This document shows, piece by piece, positions 43,291-54,081 of a stretch of DNA of 64,000 nucleotides. Source of the DNA: an uncultured delta proteobacterium (GTDB lineage: Bacteria > Desulfobacterota > Binatia > UBA9968). Position 1 is the stretch's first letter. Each line of letters starts with the position of its first letter. Where the stretch lies: the NCBI GenBank assembly GCA_963728565.1, contig CAVSLC010000019.1:32001-96000 (forward strand). The letters are read 5' to 3'. Made by a program: the position numbers and the translations under genes. Under the pieces are notes generated by a model, which saw only the letters and a program-made list of their open reading frames with translations, ran no database searches and had not been told where the DNA came from.

Positions 43291-43469
43291 GGTGCTAACC
43301 TAGAATGAATTTATCAGCGCATGCAAGTCGAATGAATAAATTTGACTAGGCAAGCCGCCCTGTGGCAAGGATGAAGCTTGCGGGGAGTCCGAGCAATTCC
43401 CTGGATCACCGATGCCGAAATAGGATACCAAGAAATGAAGCGAAGCTACGGTTTGGTAAAGAGCGCGTG

Positions 43470-44594
43470 ATGCCTACCCAGGAGATCAGTGCAGCGGATG
43501 TTGCGCGTTACCGACAAAACTATCTCGTCGAAATGGACGGTATTGAGCTCTATCGCGCATTGGCCGCCGCTGAAAAAGACGAGAAGCGCGCGGTGATTTT
43601 CCGAAAAATGGCGCAGACCGAGGAGCGACATGCGCGGCGGTGGGTGCGGCTTATCGAGACGGCCGGCTATCAAGTGCCGGAATATCGTCCCACAGTCCGG
43701 GTGCGGGTGCTGGGTTGGATGGCGAAGCATTTCGGCACCCATCGAGTGATTCCAATTATTAGTAGCCTGGAAGCCAGCGATGAGCCGGGATACTTAAATC
43801 AGCCGGAGGCAGCTGGATTGCCAGCCGAGGAGAGAGCGCACAGCCGCGCATTGCGCGCCATGGACGAAGGGATCTCCAGCCAGGACGCAATTATCGGCAG
43901 CGAACGATGGCACGTGATATCGCGTGGTGGCAGCCTGCGCGCCGCTGTTTTCGGCATCAACGATGGACTGGTTTCGAATTTCAGTTTGGTCATGGGCTTT
44001 GCGGGCGCCGATGCGAGGCCTGAGTACATTCTGCTCGCGGGCGTGGCCGGCTTATTGGCGGGATCGTTCTCAATGGCAGCGGGTGAATATGTCTCGATGC
44101 GCGCCCAGCGCGAACTTTTCGAGCAGCAGATCGCTATGGAACAACAAGAGTTGGAGATGTCACCCAAGGAAGAAGAGGAGGAGCTCTCGTTAATTTACCA
44201 AGCCAAGGGAATCCCCGAGAGAGAGGCTGCGATGCTGGCCCGACGCATTATCTCCAATCCAAAGACCGCTATTGACACGCTCGCGCGTGAAGAGTTGGGC
44301 TTGAATCCTTCGGAGCTGGGATCACCTTGGACCGCGGCGCTGAGCTCGTTTCTAGCTTTCATAGTCGGCGCGTTGATTCCGGTGCTGCCTTATCTGGTTA
44401 GTTCCGGACAAGTTGCTTGGCTCGCGAGTGGGTTGCTTAGCTGTCTAGCTCTGGTAGGCGTGGGCGCGATTATTTCGATCTTTACCGCCAAGGGGCCATG
44501 GATAAGCGGGCTGCGCATGCTGGGTATCGGCTTGCTGGCGTCGGCAATCACCTATGGTGCGGGCTGGTTGTTTGGAGTATCGGTGGCGGGGTAA
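43470..44594 (+). CDS. VIT1/CCC1 transporter with ferritin/rubrerythrin-like N-terminus
   Basis: EERH and EERAH; LRAAVFGINDGLVSN; SMAAGEYVS. Confidence 0.9.
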   Translation: MPTQEISAADVARYRQNYLVEMDGIELYRALAAAEKDEKRAVIFRKMAQTEERHARRWVRLIETAGYQVPEYRPTVRVRVLGWMAKHFGTHRVIPIISSLEASDEPGYLNQPEAAGLPAEERAHSRALRAMDEGISSQDAIIGSERWHVISRGGSLRAAVFGINDGLVSNFSLVMGFAGADARPEYILLAGVAGLLAGSFSMAAGEYVSMRAQRELFEQQIAMEQQELEMSPKEEEEELSLIYQAKGIPEREAAMLARRIISNPKTAIDTLAREELGLNPSELGSPWTAALSSFLAFIVGALIPVLPYLVSSGQVAWLASGLLSCLALVGVGAIISIFTAKGPWISGLRMLGIGLLASAITYGAGWLFGVSVAG

Positions 44595-44647
44595 GTTAAC
44601 CACGCCTCCGGCCGACCCGGATACACCATAGGATCGTTGGCTGCCGG

Positions 44648-46087
44648 CTAGCGCCGGAGTAAGGTTCTGCTGTCGTCCAGGAGCGCCAACAATTTCTTGC
44701 CGAAATCGGCGTTGTCGTAATATCCTTTGAATTGTTCTGAGCCGACTCCAAGTGCCGCGACCGCAACCGGATTGTTGGTATGAGAGGATGTCTGCCAATA
44801 AGCCTGGGTGTTGTTGGCGATCATCAATCCGAGAGCATGAGCGGTTGGATCGATATACAGCGTGCGCGACGGCGGCTGGCGGGCGATGATCGCTTGTTTG
44901 AATTCCGGCGCCAGCGTGAATCCGCTGAAGTGCTCCCGCATCAGTTTATCGATGGCCTCTTCCGTAGGCGCCGGTCCGAGAATTCGCGACGCTTGCTGAA
45001 GCGAAATGGTGATGGCTTGAAGCTTCTTTAGGTCCGCGTTGGTGGCGGCTGCCTGGTTGTCCGATCTTGTGCTGCTTAGATCTTTTAAAGCCATGGTAAA
45101 ACCCAACCCGCCGGTCTCATGATCCGAGGTAACCAGGATCAGGGTCTCGCGCGGGTACTTCTTGTAAAACTCGTAGGCGAGTGCGACGGCGCGGTCGAAT
45201 TCGCGGTAATCATGGATCACGGCCGCGATATCGGAGAGATGGCTCGCGGTATCGATGTTCTCGTTTTCTATGAATGCGAAAAATCCATGTGGATTAGCAT
45301 CGTGCAGATTACGAATCGCGGCATGGGTCATGTCGTAGACCGATGGCTCAATGTTTTTTTTGCGTTCAATCTCAAAGCTCATCTCTTTATCGCTGAACAG
45401 GCCGAGAAGTTTGCCACCTGAAGCCCGCTCAAGCTCGAGTTTGTTGCTAACCTTCTGATAGCCCTTTTTTTGAAAGGCGGCGATCGCATCGGTTTCGTCG
45501 TTGCGCCGGCTTCCGGGTTGGCCCTTGGGCACAAAGTGCTCTTTGCCACCGCCGAGAATGACATCCGGCTCGAGCTCAAGATAACGATCGATGATCGAGG
45601 CGAAATGCCGACGATTGGGAACATGGCAGACAAATGCCGCGGGACTGGCGTCGTAGACGGTTGAATTCGTTACAAGGCCGATGCGCATGCCGCGTTTTTT
45701 CGCCTGCTCCATCACGGTACTCGGTACGGAGCCGTCGGCGCACACACCCAAGGCGCCGATGTTGGCTTTACACCCACTGGCCAGAGCGGTGGCCGCGGCG
45801 GCGGAATCCGTGGAAAGAGAATTCGCCGCATGCGTAGTCATTAGCCCGACGCTTCCTTCCTTCATGATCCTGTCGCTGATCACCATTCCTTCATTATACA
45901 CTTGTCGGTTGTATTGCCGGGTGATTTCGAGGTGGGCGATGCCGCCGCCGTCAGCAAGGAATAAAAAAACGTACTTAGGAGACGCCGATTGGCTTTGCCC
46001 CGCGCCCGCTCTGATTGCCAGCCAGCCGCCAACTAGCAGCGAGAGCGCGACAGCGCTGGCGAGTGAGCGACGAAAAAATTGCGTCAT
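44648..46087 (-). CDS. Alkaline phosphatase
   Basis: FLADG, TDSAAAATA, DASPAAF, ID..SH, VTSDHETGG, HT. Confidence 0.9.
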   Translation of the reverse strand: MTQFFRRSLASAVALSLLVGGWLAIRAGAGQSQSASPKYVFLFLADGGGIAHLEITRQYNRQVYNEGMVISDRIMKEGSVGLMTTHAANSLSTDSAAAATALASGCKANIGALGVCADGSVPSTVMEQAKKRGMRIGLVTNSTVYDASPAAFVCHVPNRRHFASIIDRYLELEPDVILGGGKEHFVPKGQPGSRRNDETDAIAAFQKKGYQKVSNKLELERASGGKLLGLFSDKEMSFEIERKKNIEPSVYDMTHAAIRNLHDANPHGFFAFIENENIDTASHLSDIAAVIHDYREFDRAVALAYEFYKKYPRETLILVTSDHETGGLGFTMALKDLSSTRSDNQAAATNADLKKLQAITISLQQASRILGPAPTEEAIDKLMREHFSGFTLAPEFKQAIIARQPPSRTLYIDPTAHALGLMIANNTQAYWQTSSHTNNPVAVAALGVGSEQFKGYYDNADFGKKLLALLDDSRTLLRR

Positions 46088-46088
46088 C

Positions 46089-46805
46089 CTAACCTGGACT
46101 TTCGTTATGTTTGATTCTGACCCGGCGCAATTCAAGCCAGAAGGAAAGGCAGAGGTAGTAAACTGGAAAGATAAGAGAGACCAAGACAATTGTACGCGGT
46201 GGGTCAGGCAGCCAGTAAATTATAGCCAAAATCGCAAGGCCCCAGAGAATGCCCAGAGTGTTTGTCCATGAACGCAAGTACGGGCTCCGGCTTGGATAAA
46301 TATATCTAATCGGCACGAACACAAGGATCGCTAACGCCAGAACCAAAAAGGCGTTGAACCAAAGCGGCGCCCTCAGAACGTAGAGGTACAAAGCCACAAT
46401 ATTCCAGTACGAGGGAAACCCCAAGAAAAAATGATCGGCCGTTTTGGCTTGTTTCTGACAGAAGCCGTAAGCGCTTGCCAGCAAAGGAAAAGCAATCAAC
46501 CAGAGCGCATCCTGAGGCGGCAACAAATTGGCGCGGATCAGCAACAGACACGGCACGACGACATAGTTAAAGTAATCAATGATGTCTTCCAGGCGGTCTC
46601 CATCGAAGTTCGGCAGCAACTCTTTGACCCGCGCGGCTCTCGCCAGAGTGCCATCCGAAGCGTCGATGGCGACGGCTAATGTCATTAGAAAAAAAGCTTC
46701 TTGAAAACGAAGTTCTTCGATGAAGAGAATCGCTATAAAGGCGATGACTGCCCCGAGGGCGCTGAAAAGATGAACTAGCCAAGCGAAGATCAGGCGGGCG
46801 GTCAT
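46089..46805 (-). CDS. pcs: Phosphatidylcholine synthase-like CDP-alcohol phosphatidyltransferase
   Basis: AWLVHLFSALG, DASDGTLAR, FDG.RLEDIIDY, FLGFPSYWN, YIYPSR. Confidence 0.75.
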   Translation of the reverse strand: MTARLIFAWLVHLFSALGAVIAFIAILFIEELRFQEAFFLMTLAVAIDASDGTLARAARVKELLPNFDGDRLEDIIDYFNYVVVPCLLLIRANLLPPQDALWLIAFPLLASAYGFCQKQAKTADHFFLGFPSYWNIVALYLYVLRAPLWFNAFLVLALAILVFVPIRYIYPSRSPYLRSWTNTLGILWGLAILAIIYWLPDPPRTIVLVSLIFPVYYLCLSFWLELRRVRIKHNESPG

Positions 46806-46813
46806 CCAACCGC

Positions 46814-47422
46814 TTATGTCGCTGAAGCGGCAAAGCTGGGCCGCGCTTTCAGACGTTCGATCCAGCCAATTGTGTTTTTATACTTCGGATCGACAGCGAT
46901 ACCAAAACGATCCAGCAGGTCGATGTTCGGCATAAAAGCTATATCGCCAAGACTGAAAGCTCCGGCCAAATACTCTTTCCCTTCCAATTCCCGTTCGATT
47001 CGGTCGAACGCCTTTGCAATTTCTGCCTTCGCGGCGTCCATCCGCTGGCTATCCCTTTCGGCTTCCGGTTTGCGAATTTCTTGAATGATGTGAACAAAGT
47101 AAGCATTGAAGTGATTGTCGCGAAAATCCTCCATCAAGCGCGCCCGGGCACGTCCTTCCGAGTCTTCGGGCATTAATGGCGGATAAGGATACTCATCTTC
47201 GAGGTATTCGTTGATGATGGTCGAATCGTAGATAATAAATCCTTCGTCGTCCAAAGTTGGAATCTGACCGAACGGATGAAGTTTGAGGTACTCCGGGTTT
47301 TTCTGCTCTCGCTTGGTAAGATCCACATTGACTCGCTCGAATTCCAATCCTTTCTCAATCAGCGCGATTCTAACTTTGCGGGAATTGGTCGACGGGGGGA
47401 AAGTATACAACTTGATCATCAT
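46814..47422 (-). CDS. Glutathione S-transferase family
   Basis: STNSRKV, HPFGQIPTL, DSTIINEYL, FSLGDI. Confidence 0.9.
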   Translation of the reverse strand: MMIKLYTFPPSTNSRKVRIALIEKGLEFERVNVDLTKREQKNPEYLKLHPFGQIPTLDDEGFIIYDSTIINEYLEDEYPYPPLMPEDSEGRARARLMEDFRDNHFNAYFVHIIQEIRKPEAERDSQRMDAAKAEIAKAFDRIERELEGKEYLAGAFSLGDIAFMPNIDLLDRFGIAVDPKYKNTIGWIERLKARPSFAASAT

Positions 47423-47650
47423 CAGCCTCCTAGAAGTGTCACCACAGCCTTCAGTGAAATTATACTAACATAAGGTATTACACGCTGCGAGCATTTTTCC
47501 TAAGGCTGGCGCCGAAAACATGTGTATTTACCGGCGCAGATTCGGGAGGATGGTCCCTCCAAGAGGAAGAGTTATCGCTTCCGCCGGTGCTTGATCTAGT
47601 TCTTCGTTCAACATCGAAGCAGTTTTTACGCCGGCGACTCACCGCACGGG

Positions 47651-49499
47651 CTAACCCCGAGCCCGAAGCACTGCCTTAAGCTTGAGCGGTTGCCTTTCTC
47701 TAAGCACGATGATCTCGACCTCATCACCAGGTTTCTTGCTGACTAAGGCGAGCATCAAATCCTCCAGATTCTGAACCTTGGTTTCAGCCAACATGACGAT
47801 CACATCTCCCTCACGAAGACCGGCTAGCGCAGCCGGGCTTCCGGCCGAAACTCCGGCGAGCCGCACCCCTTCATCCGCCCCCGAATAGTCCGGAATACTG
47901 CCAAGATAGCTCGTCGAAGCCGGGCCTTCGCTGATCGCCTGTGCGCGCGGTAATGATGGCGGGCTGACAAATTTCAATGGTGCATTGGTGTTGGCAATTG
48001 ACCGAATCGTAGCCACAAGCAGCTCGCTAATCTTCGCCATTCCTTCCAGATTGAGCTTGTCCCAAGTATCGCCGGGCGCATGATAATCGGAATGCACGCC
48101 AGTAAAGAAATGAAGCGCGGGAATCTTTTTGCTGTAAAAAGACATGTGATCGCTCCGTCCGATCCCATCGGCCTCGACAATCTCCAGTCCCAATTCCGTA
48201 GCCGCACTCTTTACGATGCCGCTAAATTCTTGGGCAGTACGTGTGCCGAAAACGGTCACTCGTCGCTCGCGTAAACGGCCCACCATGTCGAGGTTGATCA
48301 TCGCCTTCGTCGAAGCTAGCGGGACGGCGGGATGATTGACATAGTGTCGCGATCCGAACAGTCCTAACTCCTCCGCCGAGAAGGCGGCAAAGACGATCGT
48401 CCTTGCCGGTTTGATATCGCTTTCGCTCAGTTGCCGCGCGAGATCCAGCAGTACAGCAGTGCCCGAGGCATTGTCATCGGCGCCATGATGAATCTGTCCC
48501 TCAGTGCTCGAATTGCGCGTGCCATAGTGGCCAAAGCCGATGTGATCGTAATGCGCGCCAATCACCACACTCTCATTTCTTAGATGAGGATCCGAACCGG
48601 GAAGAACGGCGACAACGTTCTCCGTGGGCTGGCGAATCTCTTCCAGATTCACCTCTAATTTCACCGTACTGGCGGGCACCTCCATGCGACGCCGGTTTTC
48701 CCTCAGAATCGATTTTGCCGCGCAACTCTGTTAGCGAAACACCATGGCTCTCCAACCATTTTTCGATTGGTGCGCGCCGCGCCTGCGCGGCTACCAAACC
48801 GGTGCCGCCGCGCCACAAGCTGTTTTTGGTGGAGATGAGTTCACCTTTGGCATTGTCTTGATGATGCAAATCCACCAAGATCATGCCGATAGCGCCGTGA
48901 TCCCGCGCATTATTTGCTTTGGTACGGAGCGCAGCGTGAACCGAATTGTTAGGATAGTTACGGAACGGACTGTTGGCGTGCTTGGGCGGCGGTTCGTACC
49001 GCAGGACAATGACAATTTTTCCTTTGGCATCAATGTCCCGATAGTCATCATAGCCATACTCTTTTATGGTAATGCCATAGCCGGCGAAAACGACTGGGGC
49101 TTCTACTTTTTTTGAAGCGGAAAAACCTAATGGAGTCCAATCCTGGTTCAATGTCAGAGCTGGTTGATTGTCCAACGCGAGACTTGTAGGCTGATTAACC
49201 CTTACACCCGTGGCAACTTCAAAGGATTGCAGGTAGCTGCCGTTGTCACCTCCAGGTGTCAGGCCGAGCCTGGCAAACTCACTGGCGATGTAGTCACGGG
49301 CAACCCTTATACCAGGAGTATCGATGCCTCGGCCCGTGAGCTTCTCGGATGCGAGGAAGCGGGCATGAGTTGTCAGAAAGTTAACGCTCGAGGTTAGAGA
49401 CGGGATATCGAGAGGCCAAGCAGAAAACGCAAACAGTAAGCCGAGACCAACAGAAAGTCTCAAGTACGCAAGCTCGCTTGGAGTCATAATGTTTTGCAA
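47651..49499 (-). CDS. M28 peptidase with PA and PDZ domains, apparent frameshift near 48686
   Basis: VVFAGYG PA domain; GAHYDH, GADDNASG, AEELG, NLDMVG, SDH; PDZ GSPAALAGL. Confidence 0.88.
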
Positions 49500-49712
49500 T
49501 TCGCATATTTATTTTTTAAGTCTCTGTTCAGAGATGACAAAGCTGTCAGTAAATTAACAAACCGGCTCAGCCTTTGAAACATGCAACCCGCATCGGCAAT
49601 GCACCGAAGCTTATTCGGTGATTGGAGGTAACCTTGCGATAGCCGACGCAACGTCTTTCATCACAAGTTGCAAAAAGATACTATGAGTGGAAATTGCTCA
49701 TGGAGGTAAGGA

Positions 49713-49955
49713 ATGGCGGCAAAAACAATCGTCGTCTACACGCAGCCGGGTTGAGGACCTTGTCACAAGGAGGTGGAGTTTCTATCTCAAAAGGGCGTCG
49801 AGTTCGTGGAAAAAAATGTGCGCGCCGATAAGGCGGCATTAAAAGAGTTGATTGACATGGGCTATCAAAGCACGCCTGTGACGATCGTCGACGGGGAAGC
49901 GGTAGTCGGCTTTGATCAGATTAAAATAATGGAGCTCATCGGCATCAAAACCTGA
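49713..49955 (+). CDS. Glutaredoxin/NrdH-like selenoprotein (UGPC motif)
   Basis: GGAGG RBS, ATG 49713, MAAKTIVVYTQPG-TGA-GPCHKEVEFLSQKGV...STPV...VVGFD; TGA at the first Cys position of CxxC; downstream hairpin. Confidence 0.85.
49758..49794 (+). promoter_or_regulatory. Candidate bacterial SECIS element
   Basis: Upper stem GAGGUGGA/UCUAUCUC with GUU loop 24 nt after the UGA; possible lower stem CCUU/AAGG. Confidence 0.55.
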
Positions 49956-50137
49956 GCGGTCGAACTTTGCGCAGCAGGCATGAGTCTAGAAGTCGCGGGA
50001 CTAGATTCGAAATGACTCTCAATGGGTCCACTATCGGATGTGAGAATCAGAATGTATGCTTTGCGGTGAGGAGCAGTTTGTTCAAATTTTATCACTGATG
50101 GCTTCTCGGTTCGTTCTGACCCGCGCATCGCTGCAAG

Positions 50138-50507
50138 TTAATAACCCAGCTTTTCGATTTGATCGTCGTCCATACCGAAGTAGTGGCCGATCTCGTGTAT
50201 CACGGTAAGTCGAATCTGTTCGCGCAGTTCGTCGGGATCGGGGAAGTCGATGCGCAGAGGTTCGGAGAACAGAGTTATTTTGTCCGGCAGGATAAGGCGG
50301 ATCGAACGCGGACCGGTGGGGCAAAGGGACTCCTTCGTAGAGCCCGTAGATGACCTCTTCGTGAGAATCTAAATCCATTTCCGCCAACTGATGTCTGCTC
50401 GGTCTTTTCTGCACTACGATCTCGAGATTATGCAACTGCCTTCGGAACTCCTCGGGTAATTCGTCGAGCACGCGGGCAGCTTCTTCTCTTAATTCTTTGT
50501 CATTCAA
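50138..50507 (-). CDS. Zincin-like metallopeptidase (DUF1025 type), apparent frameshift near 50294
   Basis: LPEEF, YGLYEGVPL; second frame LPDKITLF...TVIHEIGHYFGMDDDQIEKLGY. Confidence 0.85.
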
Positions 50508-50514
50508 TGCTAGA

Positions 50515-51738
50515 ATGCTTGCACGAATGGACGGTCGAGTTCAAGGAGTATCCCTGCGGAAATCATTCCTCGCGCTGTGCGGTCTGTTTGCCTGGTTGTT
50601 ACTCGGAATTCAACTGGTTCATGGCCAGATCGTCGCATCCCCGCTGCCGATCACGGACGACCTCGATCGTGAGTCACTCCGGCTCGCTATCGATCGCAGC
50701 ATATCGTATCTGAGGAAGCTTCCAGCGGATCGCGTCGTCGGAGAGCAACCCCGGCAAGTTAGCGCCGGACAAGTCCTGACCAGCCTTGCCGCTCTCCATC
50801 GAGTGCTTGATCGCTGGAGTTGTTGGCAGTGTTTCGTTGAAGAATTTCAATCCCGTTTTGAATTGGTACCGTCAAGCCAAGATGAGCAGCAGAGAGAAGT
50901 GTTGTTTACCGGCTACTATCAACCGGTCATCGAAGGCAACCTTGTCGAAACCAGCGAATACCGCTATCCGATCTATGGCAAACCGACGGATCTGGTAACC
51001 CTTGGTGGCGTTGCGGCAGGTTCCGACGAAACTGCAAGAAAAATCACCGGGCGAGTCGAGGGCGAGCAATTCGTTCCTTACTACACTCGCCGTGAGATCG
51101 ACCACGCTAAGTTGTTGCGCGGGCGCGGGCTTGAGATCGCCTGGGTCAAGGATCCCATCGAGTTATTCTTTCTTCACATCCAGGGTTCAGGTGTTTTGCG
51201 CCTGCCGGATGGAAGGCAGGTGCATATCGGTTATGCCGGTCAAAACGGCCGTCCGTATCGGAGCATCGGCCGGCTACTCATCGACCAAGGCAAAATCTCC
51301 CAAACCGAGATGTCGATGCAGCGCTTACGCCGTCACTTGGCGGAAAATCCTGAGCAGCGCGACGAGATCATGGCGCATAATGAGAGCTACGTCTTTTTCC
51401 GGGTTACTGAAAGCGGTCCTTTTGGCAGTCTCGAAGTGCCGGTGACTGCGGGACGATCGATTGCGACCGATTCTCGTCTTTTTCCAAAGGGAGCCGCGGC
51501 GCTGATCTACAGTGAAAGTCCGGTTCTGAATGGCGCCGGGCGATTGATCGGTTGGCGGCCTTTTGTTCGCTTCGTGCTCAATCAAGATACCGGCGGGGCG
51601 ATCCGCGGTTTTCATCGGGCGGATCTGTATATGGGCAGCGGTGATGATGCGGGCGCTCACGCGGGTTATATGAATAGCCCCGGGAAGATTTATTTTCTGA
51701 TGTTGAAGAACTCAGGCCGGGGAGCGCTACCTCGTTAA
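50515..51738 (+). CDS. mltA: Murein transglycosylase A
   Basis: FTGYYQP, FFLHIQGSG, NESYVFF, RSIATD, QDTGGAI, RADLY. Start uncertain. Confidence 0.92.
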   Translation: MLARMDGRVQGVSLRKSFLALCGLFAWLLLGIQLVHGQIVASPLPITDDLDRESLRLAIDRSISYLRKLPADRVVGEQPRQVSAGQVLTSLAALHRVLDRWSCWQCFVEEFQSRFELVPSSQDEQQREVLFTGYYQPVIEGNLVETSEYRYPIYGKPTDLVTLGGVAAGSDETARKITGRVEGEQFVPYYTRREIDHAKLLRGRGLEIAWVKDPIELFFLHIQGSGVLRLPDGRQVHIGYAGQNGRPYRSIGRLLIDQGKISQTEMSMQRLRRHLAENPEQRDEIMAHNESYVFFRVTESGPFGSLEVPVTAGRSIATDSRLFPKGAAALIYSESPVLNGAGRLIGWRPFVRFVLNQDTGGAIRGFHRADLYMGSGDDAGAHAGYMNSPGKIYFLMLKNSGRGALPR

Positions 51739-51828
51739 AGAGAGAGGCAGACTCCCCGTTCATCCTGAGCGCGGTTTGCTCTTGAAACTATACTGGCCGG
51801 AAGAGTAGCGTACTGAAATACTTCGAAT

Positions 51829-52701
51829 ATGGAACGACACAGCGAGACGCGGCGGCTCAAGTTGGCGCTCGCCATCAGCCTCGGCTACTTCTTCGCGGAG
51901 CTAATTGCGGGTTTTCTCACCAATAGCCTGGCCTTGCTTTCTGATGCCGGGCATATGCTGTCCGATATTGGCGCCATTGTCGTCAGTCTTTTTGCCTTTC
52001 GAATGGCGCGGCGGCCGGCTACGGCGGAGAGCACCTACGGCTATCATCGCGCGGAAATTTTAGCCGCCCTTTTTAATGGTCTGGCACTCTGGCTGATTGT
52101 TGGGGTGATTTTTGCCGCGGCGTACAATCGACTCAACAATCCACCGGAAGTAGAGAGCCTCGGCATGATCATTGTCGCTACAGTCGGTCTGATGGTGAAC
52201 ATTGCCGCCGGCTTCATTCTCTACGAATCGCATCACCATAATCTCAATCTTCACGGCGCGTTCATGCATGTGATCAGTGATGCCATTGGCTCCGTGGGCG
52301 CCATTGTCGCCGGGCTTATGATGTATTTTACCGCTTGGTATCTGGCCGATCCGTTGATCAGTGTCTTTATCGGCTTGTTGATCCTGTACTCGTCATGGAA
52401 CTTGATTAGAGAGGCATTGAGTATTCTTATGCAGTCGGTTCCCAAAACGATTCGACTCGAAGAAGTCCAGCGCACCATCGAGGATGTGAAAGGTGTCATG
52501 GCGGTTCACGATCTTCATGTTTGGGCGGTGACTTCGGGGATCTTCACCCTCAGCGCACACGCCGTCATTGTCAACGGCGAAGATTTCCATGAAGTTTTGA
52601 ACGGTATTGAAGAAACCCTCAAGCAGCGTTTCGGCATCGAGCACACGACCATCCAATTGGAAACCGAAAGCCGCGAAGAGACGGAGTTCAAAGGTTTTTA
52701 G
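51829..52701 (+). CDS. Cation diffusion facilitator (CzcD/ZitB-like)
   Basis: SLALLSDAGHMLSD, HVISD, HDLHVW, HTTIQLE. Confidence 0.92.
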   Translation: MERHSETRRLKLALAISLGYFFAELIAGFLTNSLALLSDAGHMLSDIGAIVVSLFAFRMARRPATAESTYGYHRAEILAALFNGLALWLIVGVIFAAAYNRLNNPPEVESLGMIIVATVGLMVNIAAGFILYESHHHNLNLHGAFMHVISDAIGSVGAIVAGLMMYFTAWYLADPLISVFIGLLILYSSWNLIREALSILMQSVPKTIRLEEVQRTIEDVKGVMAVHDLHVWAVTSGIFTLSAHAVIVNGEDFHEVLNGIEETLKQRFGIEHTTIQLETESREETEFKGF

Positions 52702-52762
52702 TGCAGCCCGGAAGTTTGGTCGGAAGATTTTCTGGAGGCGCGGCAATTAACACTGCTTCGAC

Positions 52763-53950
52763 TCAGGAGACGCTTGGGCTAACCAGAGCGGACTTGCGTG
52801 ACGGCAGCAAGAGCGCCATTAACGCTACGCTGACTAAAGAAAGCAATCCAAGTATCCAGAAAATTGTCGGCAGCTCTGCGGTTATCAAGAGCAAGCCGAC
52901 CACGGACGTTGAGATAGTTTTGGAAGCCTGTTGAATCAAGCGATCGAAAGACACGATGCCGCCGCGCATTTGAAGCGGGGCATTCTGCGTGAGCAGGCTC
53001 TTTTGCATCGGCGAGATGACACCGTTGGCGATGCCATAAAAAAATAACGCGCCGCCTACCAACCAGACGCCGGGCATAAACGGCACCGCCACCAACGCGA
53101 TGCCACTGACCAAGAAGGCGATAAACAGTACCCGGGCCTTGTCTCTGCCCGCCGCCAGTCTCCCTGCCTGACTGGAAGTAATCATAGCGCCCGCTGAAAA
53201 AAAGACATACAACAAGCCCGCTGTTGCCGTTGAGATGCCATGGGTGCGCACAAGAAAAAGGGGAAAGTAAGTCAGAAATCCATAGTCAAGGAAGAAGCGC
53301 AAGAAACCCGCCGAAAAAGCTACGACTAATCGGGGATGGCGCATTAGCTTGAGCATCTCGCCCAAATAGGCGCGGGTTCCGCTGGTTACCCTGCCTTTGG
53401 TTTCGGGCATCCAGAAAAACGTCATGATCCCCAACGGCACGGTGATGATATAAAGAGTGAAAGGCCAGTACCAGGCAAACGCAGCCAACAGTCCGCCCAG
53501 CGGCGGCAGGATCATGTAGCCGATGCGATCGAGAAACACCTTCAAACCTTGTCCGGCGATCTCCTCGTCGCCATCGAGCAGATCGCCTATCAGCACAATC
53601 GTGAGCGGAATGACGGCGCTGAAACCAATTCCCTGAATCGCGCGAAACACCAGCAGCCAGGTAAAGCTGGTCGCCAGTGCCATCGCCGTACCGCTGATGC
53701 CGAATAATATGAGACCGCCGGCGAGAAGCAATCTTCTGCCGTACATATCGGCGATCACGCCAAAGATCGGTGACAGCACAATGGCCGGCGCGGTGAAAAC
53801 AGTCATGATCAGCGAGAGAGCCGAATCGCTGATGCCGAAGGGCTCGGTCATTGCCGGCAAGGCGGGTTGTATGAAATTGACGCCCATCATGAGCGCCAGG
53901 CTTGCGGCATAAACCAAGCTTAGCGAGCGTCGCTTCTCCGGTGCCAGCAT
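52763..53950 (-). CDS. MFS transporter
   Basis: GVIADMYGRR motif A; multiple TM segments. Start uncertain. Confidence 0.88.
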   Translation of the reverse strand: MLAPEKRRSLSLVYAASLALMMGVNFIQPALPAMTEPFGISDSALSLIMTVFTAPAIVLSPIFGVIADMYGRRLLLAGGLILFGISGTAMALATSFTWLLVFRAIQGIGFSAVIPLTIVLIGDLLDGDEEIAGQGLKVFLDRIGYMILPPLGGLLAAFAWYWPFTLYIITVPLGIMTFFWMPETKGRVTSGTRAYLGEMLKLMRHPRLVVAFSAGFLRFFLDYGFLTYFPLFLVRTHGISTATAGLLYVFFSAGAMITSSQAGRLAAGRDKARVLFIAFLVSGIALVAVPFMPGVWLVGGALFFYGIANGVISPMQKSLLTQNAPLQMRGGIVSFDRLIQQASKTISTSVVGLLLITAELPTIFWILGLLSLVSVALMALLLPSRKSALVSPSVS

Positions 53951-54081
53951 ACCCAAGCCAAAAAAGCCGGCGATGGCAGACATCCGCCGCACGCTAGACC
54001 AATGCAGCGAGTGAGTCAAACGTATTTGCTGAAGTGCTGAAGTGATAAGGAGAGTTGCGAAAGAGCCGTGATGATTCTGTC

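Noticed and set aside
49683-49701. ATGAG-N9-CTCAT inverted repeat before the selenoprotein RBS
   Set aside because: Arms are too short to distinguish from chance.
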